Positions 25,998-32,000 of a stretch of 32,000 nucleotides of DNA are shown in pieces. Where the stretch lies: NCBI GenBank assembly GCA_964514965.1, contig CAZETV010000001.1, forward strand, positions 240,001 through 272,000, read 5' to 3'. The notes under the pieces were generated by a model, which worked only from the letters and a program-made list of their open reading frames with translations, had not been told where the DNA came from and ran no database searches. Both the position numbers and the translations under genes were made by a program. The stretch's first letter is position 1. Every line of letters begins with the position of its first letter. This stretch comes from Candidatus Hadarchaeota archaeon (GTDB lineage: Archaea; Hadarchaeota; Hadarchaeia; Hadarchaeales; Hadarchaeaceae).

Positions 25998-27180
25998 GTT
26001 CGGAAGTTTCTGCACGCGAGGGCTTCAATGCTGCTATCATAAGCAACGCTGCCACGAATGAAAGCATTGCAGCAAAAGCAAATGCGGCCCATGAACCGAT
26101 AACCTGCCAAAGTACTCCTGCGATAACACTGGCTGGAAATAATGCCAATCCGGTAGCGGTGTGGAAAGTTCCCATTGCAGTCCCCCAAAGTCGTGGGACT
26201 ACCAAATCGGCGACATAAGCGCGTTGAACTCCCACAACTAAGCCCATAAAAACACCGTAGAATGCGAACAACGGTAGTGCTTGCCATGCGCTAGTTGCCA
26301 AAGCCAATCCCACGGAAGTGAAGCCGAAAATACAATAGCCCGCGGCGATTACAGGGCGCCTCCCTATGCGGTCGGACAGCACGCCAGCTGGGAGCGAGAC
26401 CAAAGCATAGACCACGTTGAAGAGCATGTAGAGAAGCACCACCTGCCCGGCTCCTAGCCCAAGTTCAGAGGCTCGAAGAATCAGAAATGCCCAGCTTAGG
26501 TTCCCTAGCGAGAATAAAGTAACAACTGCGAGATAGCGTCTGAAACTTGGGCTGAGCGAGCCAAGGCCAGCCTTAAAGGATAGCTTGGGAGCCCGCTTTC
26601 TCTTCACCTCACGTGCGAAGAACGCGAGGACGGCGACCGCTAGTATTGCTGGAATCGAGGCGATCAGGAAGATGTCTCTGAATCCAAAGTAGAGCAATAG
26701 CAGGAACGCGAACGCTGGGCCTAAGCTTGCGCCGACAGTGTCGAGGGCACGGTGAAATCCAAATGCTTTCCCCCTGATGTTCGACGCGCATGAGTCTGCG
26801 AGCAGAGCATCCCGGGGGGAGGTCCTGATCCCTTTCCCAACTCGATCCATAAATCTCACCCCGAGTGCATGGAACCATGTGCTGGCGAGGGCGAGGAATG
26901 GTTTGGCTAAGGTGGAAAGCCAGTAGCCTCCTAAAATCAAGGGCTTCCGCTTGCCGATGCGGTCCGACCACCATCCCGAGAAAACTTTGAGAAGGCTCGC
27001 CACGCTCTCCGCTAGTCCCTCGATGAGCCCCAGCACGGCCGGAGTAGCACCGAGAACCTGGACAGTAAAGAGGGGGAAGAGAGGCAATATCATCTCTGTG
27101 CTTATGTCAGTGAGCAAGCTGCCGATCCCGAGCACGATGACGTTGAACCCCACTCCTGTAAAAAATCCCTTCTGCTTCAT
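25987..27180 (-). CDS. Major facilitator superfamily transporter
   Basis: [36 protein letters not shown] and [20 protein letters not shown] (repeated MFS loop motif), ~12 hydrophobic segments. Confidence 0.9.
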   Translation of the reverse strand: MKQKGFFTGVGFNVIVLGIGSLLTDISTEMILPLFPLFTVQVLGATPAVLGLIEGLAESVASLLKVFSGWWSDRIGKRKPLILGGYWLSTLAKPFLALASTWFHALGVRFMDRVGKGIRTSPRDALLADSCASNIRGKAFGFHRALDTVGASLGPAFAFLLLLYFGFRDIFLIASIPAILAVAVLAFFAREVKRKRAPKLSFKAGLGSLSPSFRRYLAVVTLFSLGNLSWAFLILRASELGLGAGQVVLLYMLFNVVYALVSLPAGVLSDRIGRRPVIAAGYCIFGFTSVGLALATSAWQALPLFAFYGVFMGLVVGVQRAYVADLVVPRLWGTAMGTFHTATGLALFPASVIAGVLWQVIGSWAAFAFAAMLSFVAALLMIAALKPSRAETSELNP

Positions 27181-27203
27181 TCGTCCACGACTCAGGAAGG
27201 GTT

Positions 27204-29063
27204 TTAGCTCCCAACGAATATCGGACGCATTGAAAGCAACTTCGGTAACGCAAGCGGTCTAAAAGGCATGCCACTGGTCTTTTTGACGATTTCAGCGGCG
27301 AGTTCCTTCACGGTCATAGGTTGAAGAGTCTTCTTTCCCCGGACCCTCACAGGCAATTTTTTCATTTTCAATTCTTTGTCCCCAAGCACGACGATGAAAT
27401 TAATCCATTCGCGCTCTGCGTCTCGCACCTTCTTCGAAACGGACTCGGATCGATCATCGATATCGACGCGGACGCGAGCCTTTTCCAGAGTATTTGCGAT
27501 TCGCCCACAAGATTTGATGTGGCGGTCGGCCAGCGGGATAATTCTGATTTGAGTCGGTGAGAGCCAGAGCGGCAAGCTTGGGGCTTTTCCTGTTTTTTGT
27601 GCTTTCGCCGCTTCTTCCAGCGTTGCATATATCCACCGCTCGATTGAACCTATGGAGGAATGTAAAATTATGCACCCTTTCTTTTTTCCGCTCTCATCCA
27701 CGTATCGGATACCGTATCGCTCGGAGTCTTCCATGTCGAGTTGAACAGTTGCGAGTTGGGCATTTCCTCCAACCGAGTCAATCACCTGAAACTCGTGCTT
27801 GAGCACCCAGTAGTGCTTGCGTTCTGGCAAAAGCTCGATGAAGGCTGAGCGCTTGACGAGCTTGAGCAACCGCACGAAGAAGGACTTGTTTTGCTGGTAG
27901 AAATCTTCAAGAGTACGAAACGCTACGACATAATCTACTTCCATCGATTTGGTCATCCTGGCATAGATTTTGAAGAGTTGCTCGTACTCCTTCATCCCCT
28001 GCTTCAGATCCCGGCAAAAGCAATGTATGTCTGGCATGGTGAAGGCCCTAAGGCGCTTGAGCCCCACGCACTCGCCGCTCTGCTCCAGCCGGTACGAGGG
28101 TGAAAGCTCAAATATCCGCACGGGCATCTGGCGGTAGCTCATCACTGTATTTTTCATCATCTTGAATAATCCGAAATCCCCTGCGAACCGGAGGAGCAGC
28201 GTTCGGTTCGGAAACTTAATCTTGTAATCCTTCTGGTAGAAGCGTGCGGCCTGCTCCGCGATGTCCGGCTCATCTGCGCGGTAGAGCACCGGAGTCTCTA
28301 TCTTACTGGCCCCTAGTTCTTCCGAGAGCTGGATCGCCAACTCTTCCAGCAGCCTTTTTATGAGCGCTCCTTTCGGATAGAAGCGGAAATGTCCTGCGTC
28401 ACTTGCGGGCTCGTAGTCGACCAACTCCAAGCGCCGCATCAGCTTGATATGGGCGGGCTCCTCCCCAAGCTTGCGCCCGAGCTCTTCGCTGAGCACGAAC
28501 TGTCTAAGTTGGGAGTTCTTTGCGAGCGGTTCGCAAGCGTCGATGTTAGAGAGGTCTAGCTCGTGCTCTGCTCCGTCGGGGGTGAGGATTATCCGTTTGC
28601 TTGGGACGCCTTCTGGGGCCTGAGCCTCAGCCTCTACGGTCTCAGCGGTTATCGTCCGTGAAAGTTCCGACAGGGGATGTCCCTTGCAGCTGAGCTTGAA
28701 TGACTTGTACCAGCCGAATGGCAAGCGGTAGACTTCTAGGCCGAGTTCACGCAGCGCTCCGGCAGTGGCATCGAGCAATTTGATGGCGACCTTCGGGGAC
28801 GCGAGCGATGAACTGAGGTGGGCGTATGGATAGACGGCGACTCTTTTTGCTTCAACCTTTTGGGCAACCTCCGCGATTTCCCGGGAGGCGTTCTTCGATA
28901 TTCCTTCAATGTTATTTCCGTCCTCCTCTTCTGCAGCCACAAAGACCACTAGTACCTCTTCGAGGCGCCCTGAACGTTTCTCAGACGGAACATCCTCTGC
29001 TATGGGGGTACGCTGCTTGGTCTCGAACTCTAGGAAATCTGAGTGAATCAACAGAACCCTCAA
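27204..29063 (-). CDS. thrS: Threonyl-tRNA synthetase, archaeal type with N-terminal DTD-like editing domain
   Basis: MRVLLIHSDFLEFETK editing domain start, RLKRLGL-like GLRAFTMPDIHCFCRD, RFAGDFGLFKMMKN, RIFELSPSYRLEQSGE, anticodon-binding C-terminus. TTG start. Confidence 0.95.
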   Translation of the reverse strand: MRVLLIHSDFLEFETKQRTPIAEDVPSEKRSGRLEEVLVVFVAAEEEDGNNIEGISKNASREIAEVAQKVEAKRVAVYPYAHLSSSLASPKVAIKLLDATAGALRELGLEVYRLPFGWYKSFKLSCKGHPLSELSRTITAETVEAEAQAPEGVPSKRIILTPDGAEHELDLSNIDACEPLAKNSQLRQFVLSEELGRKLGEEPAHIKLMRRLELVDYEPASDAGHFRFYPKGALIKRLLEELAIQLSEELGASKIETPVLYRADEPDIAEQAARFYQKDYKIKFPNRTLLLRFAGDFGLFKMMKNTVMSYRQMPVRIFELSPSYRLEQSGECVGLKRLRAFTMPDIHCFCRDLKQGMKEYEQLFKIYARMTKSMEVDYVVAFRTLEDFYQQNKSFFVRLLKLVKRSAFIELLPERKHYWVLKHEFQVIDSVGGNAQLATVQLDMEDSERYGIRYVDESGKKKGCIILHSSIGSIERWIYATLEEAAKAQKTGKAPSLPLWLSPTQIRIIPLADRHIKSCGRIANTLEKARVRVDIDDRSESVSKKVRDAEREWINFIVVLGDKELKMKKLPVRVRGKKTLQPMTVKELAAEIVKKTSGMPFRPLALPKLLSMRPIFVGS

Positions 29064-29326
29064 TTGCTCACCGCGTGCACTTGAATCCCTGAATTTAATA
29101 AACTATTCCCAAAACGGTTCTGTTTTGAATCTGAGGGTTTTGCATTTGTGGTGTTGGAATAGGTTGTAAGTTTTAAGATTAACTTAATATCTAAAAGATT
29201 ATTACAAGTGAAACTAACAAAAAATTATCCAATGAGACGCGGGAGATATAATTTGCCTAAAAAATAACCGAGACTGGCATCTGTCCCGCATAAAGTTGAT
29301 AAACTAAAACTATCACGAGTATTAAC

Positions 29327-30190
29327 ATGCTTCCGTTAGCTTTTGCACTTGCTTTTGTAGCGACCATCTGCTGGGGCTTAGCCCAGATAGTTGGAAAACT
29401 AGCTTCTAGGAGTGTGGATGTGCCAGTTCTCAATGCAATTAGAACATCATTCGCTTCGATACTGCTCCTCGTATATCTCTTGTCTACAGAAGGGTTGAAC
29501 TATTTCGGGGCAGCGCTGACATCACTGGCAGCCCTAACTGGAGTAATTGCATGGTGCGTGGCGTCCATGTTTTTCTTTTACCTAATGCAGAGGGAGGCCG
29601 CCTACAGGATTGCTCCCATCAGTAATACTCAGCCCTTGTGGGGGGTTATAGCTGCGGTGTTGCTCTTGGGCGAAGAAGCAAAGCCCGCAATCTTTCTATC
29701 AGTCACCCTAGTGATTCTCGGATCGTATTTTCTGGCCCCAAAGGGAGACCAAGACAAATCGAGACTTTGGAACCCAAAACTCTTCCTGGCTCTTCTAGTG
29801 GGTATTTTGTGGGGGATTCCAATCGCTTTGAACAAATACTGTCTTAGTGGGGGGATGTCGCCCGCAATCTTTCTCTTTGTGGGATTAGTCTCCGCATCTG
29901 CGGCTTGCAACGTCACGATGTTCGCTTACCGCGCTAAGAAGAGGGTAAACTTCAATGGAAGGGGTATATGGTTTAGCATTCTATCCGGTGTCATCGGCCT
30001 GTTTGTGGGACAACTTCTGTGGCAACATGCTCTGAGAATCGAAGAAGCGAGCGCACTCTCCCCTGTGGTTGGATCCGTGGCACCGCTTGCCTTCCTCTTC
30101 AGCATATTATTCTTGGGGGAGAGACCCACCAAAAGAGCGATTCTAGGGATGGTCATCATGTTTACAGGAATATTATTAATCACTGTATAG
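29327..30190 (+). CDS. EamA/DMT-family transporter
   Basis: Two EamA-like repeats of about 10 hydrophobic helices, e.g. ISNTQPLWGVIAAVLLLGEEAKPAIFLSVTLVILGSYFL and VVGSVAPLAFLFSILFLGERPTKRAILGMVIMFTGILLI. Confidence 0.9.
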   Translation: MLPLAFALAFVATICWGLAQIVGKLASRSVDVPVLNAIRTSFASILLLVYLLSTEGLNYFGAALTSLAALTGVIAWCVASMFFFYLMQREAAYRIAPISNTQPLWGVIAAVLLLGEEAKPAIFLSVTLVILGSYFLAPKGDQDKSRLWNPKLFLALLVGILWGIPIALNKYCLSGGMSPAIFLFVGLVSASAACNVTMFAYRAKKRVNFNGRGIWFSILSGVIGLFVGQLLWQHALRIEEASALSPVVGSVAPLAFLFSILFLGERPTKRAILGMVIMFTGILLITV

Positions 30191-30311
30191 GTTCAACTCA
30201 GTCCAGCAAATCTGGTACAAAGAGTCATTGTACAGTTTAGTACGAAAATTTAATCGCGACACTAAACCCCACGTTATATTTTTAATTAACAAGAATTTAG
30301 TGTTCCAAGCC

Positions 30312-31676
30312 CTACTTCTTGAACTGCGGCATGTATTCGGCGTGAGCTTTCAAAAGTTCATCCATCATGGCCTTTGCAGCGTTCATATCGTGGACGTATG
30401 GACACGCGATGAGCGCCTGGTACAGCACGTTCTTGTCGCCGCTCAGCGCAGCGTCCACGGTCAGCTCCTGCCAGTTTAGGATGTGCTGTGCCAACCCCAA
30501 GAAAGGCTTGGGCAATTCTCCCATAGCTATAGGTGTCAATCCACGCTTGTTCACTGTACAGGGGCCTTCTACTATAGAATCGTTGGGGAGATTCGTGATA
30601 ATCCCCTTGTTCGGGAAATTGATGCCTCCCCACTCCCTTCCATCGTCAGCGGATATGCTAACCAGTATGCCTATGGCTTGTCTTGAATGGTACAACTCGA
30701 AACAATATTCGGATGGGTGTTGGTCGTATTTGGCCCCACCCAATAATTCCTCAACGAACTTCCAACGTGATTCGGACCACCCCAGTAGCGACCCCTCAAC
30801 GGGAGGCCTTCCTTTTCTTTCCTTGAAAATCTCGTTGTAGTCCCAATACACGCGGTCGTGAGATGAGCATGCATTCAAGTATCCAAATGCTTCGAAGAGT
30901 TTCATCGAAAAATCCAAGAACTGATCGTGGGGCCTCTCCCCCGTATATTTCCTGAGCCGTTCTTTCAGTAGGGGGTAGCCATCTTTTCCGTTGACCTGTA
31001 AATCCACTAGCCAGCTCAAGTGATTTACCCCTATGGCGCGCGGTCTTAGATCCTCACTAACACAGTAACGCCTTGAGAATGGAGGCATGTTGAGCACTCT
31101 CGGCAAGAGTGTCATGGATAACCCTGCGAAGCAGTCACATATCGAGATAAACCTGACATCAGTTTCCCGCCGAACTGCGTCGGCTATGAGATTTGCAGGG
31201 TTTATATAACTGATGACACTAGCTTCAGGGCACAAATCCTCTACCATCCTGCAGTATTCGAGAGTAGCTGGAATGGTACATTGAGCCATGAATGTTCCAC
31301 CCGGTCCGGAAGTTTCATCACCGCATATGCCGTGCTTTGTTGGGATTTCGATATCGTACTTCATGTGTTGTAACCCACCAACCCTATAACCAAGCAAAAC
31401 AAATGTCGCGCTTTCAAGTGCCTCTTTGGGGTCGGTTGTTGAACTGAACTTTATGTCCGCCCCATTCCTCTTGGATAATTCCGCTCCAAGTTTGGTCAAT
31501 TTGGGTAGGCGGCTTGAATCTATGTCCATCAAGCATACCTCACTTCCGTTGAGGGTTTCCTTGTTCTCCAGAATTGTATAAATCAAGGATGGAACGAAAG
31601 GACTTCCGCCTCCGAGAAGAACTATCTTCTCATCTGACATTTTTTGAACCTCTTTTAATCGTTGATTTTTAATCAT
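30312..31676 (-). CDS. Glycoside hydrolase family 4-like NAD-dependent glycosidase
   Basis: KIVLLGGGSPFVPSLIYTI, CLMDIDSSRL, STTDPKEALESATFVLLGYRVGG, INPANLIADAVRRE, ICDCFAG, IGVNHLSWL. Upstream TTG/ATG choice uncertain (MSDEK start likely). Confidence 0.85.
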   Translation of the reverse strand: MIKNQRLKEVQKMSDEKIVLLGGGSPFVPSLIYTILENKETLNGSEVCLMDIDSSRLPKLTKLGAELSKRNGADIKFSSTTDPKEALESATFVLLGYRVGGLQHMKYDIEIPTKHGICGDETSGPGGTFMAQCTIPATLEYCRMVEDLCPEASVISYINPANLIADAVRRETDVRFISICDCFAGLSMTLLPRVLNMPPFSRRYCVSEDLRPRAIGVNHLSWLVDLQVNGKDGYPLLKERLRKYTGERPHDQFLDFSMKLFEAFGYLNACSSHDRVYWDYNEIFKERKGRPPVEGSLLGWSESRWKFVEELLGGAKYDQHPSEYCFELYHSRQAIGILVSISADDGREWGGINFPNKGIITNLPNDSIVEGPCTVNKRGLTPIAMGELPKPFLGLAQHILNWQELTVDAALSGDKNVLYQALIACPYVHDMNAAKAMMDELLKAHAEYMPQFKK

Positions 31677-32000
31677 TTAAAAGTGATGTTGCAAGCTTAG
31701 CTTTGCACAATGATTAGTTTTCTGCACAAAATTGATCAAGGCCGCGGAAGATTCTTTAACGCCTCAGCCCAAAATATTACCTCGTTAAACCATGCGCTAA
31801 CACTCTCTAATGAAACTTAAATTTCAATTTTCATGACTTTTTGATAAAACGCAGGAACCCTTAATATTTTCCTTGATGCTCAAGCCGCGTGGTATTTGCA
31901 ATATCGGCTGCATACTTTGGATGATTTCTATAAGTTCGTCCATGGAGACCCCGCCACCGACTATATCGTTGAAATTGGAGCGATATCCTAATTACCCACC

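Noticed and set aside
2656-31000. Numerous antisense and out-of-frame ORFs of 60-136 aa in the track
   Set aside because: They overlap strongly supported genes, carry no recognisable motifs, and are expected by chance in GC-moderate coding DNA.
31824-31943. Short minus-strand ORF MDELIEIIQSMQPILQIPRGLSIKENIKGSC...
   Set aside because: About 40 aa, no recognised family, and it overlaps a competing open plus-strand frame that looks equally or more coding-like.
1-32000. CRISPR arrays, insertion sequences, toxin-antitoxin or defence systems, long tandem repeats
   Set aside because: No regularly spaced direct repeats, transposase or integrase motifs, or defence gene signatures were seen on either strand.

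Overview
This 32 kb window is archaeal chromosomal DNA and mostly housekeeping. I found no CRISPR array, transposase, phage or defence island. It holds an archaeal-type RNase P RNA (~374-672). It holds a tRNA-Arg(CCT) on the minus strand (2116-2207), apparently interrupted by a 17-nt bulge-helix-bulge intron at the non-canonical position 29/30. It also has a small oxidative-stress cluster (encapsulin-type ferritin-like domain, rubredoxin-first rubrerythrin, desulfoferrodoxin) and an STT3/AglB-like gene followed by hisS. Other genes cover archaeal inositol-lipid synthesis (CDP-alcohol phosphatidyltransferase, inositol-1-phosphate synthase, PfkB kinase), proS, an M24 peptidase, NAD salvage, proB-proA, a CoA cluster (PPAT, CoaBC, pantoate kinase), ABCE1, Sm-like protein, RadA, two transporters, archaeal thrS and a GH4 enzyme. 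Items most worth a second look: (1) the 29/30 tRNA intron; (2) the STT3-like protein whose WWDYG signature reads QWSFG; (3) a nitroreductase gene with an in-frame TGA at codon 11, so the ORF track shows only a truncated version; (4) a stand-alone encapsulin-type ferritin domain with no shell gene beside it; (5) a zinc-ribbon plus PD-(D/E)XK-like protein; (6) a KorA-type 2-oxoacid:ferredoxin oxidoreductase gene running off the left edge that the ORF track missed. I did not find a convincing undescribed multi-gene system. All family calls come from motif recognition by eye, with no database search.
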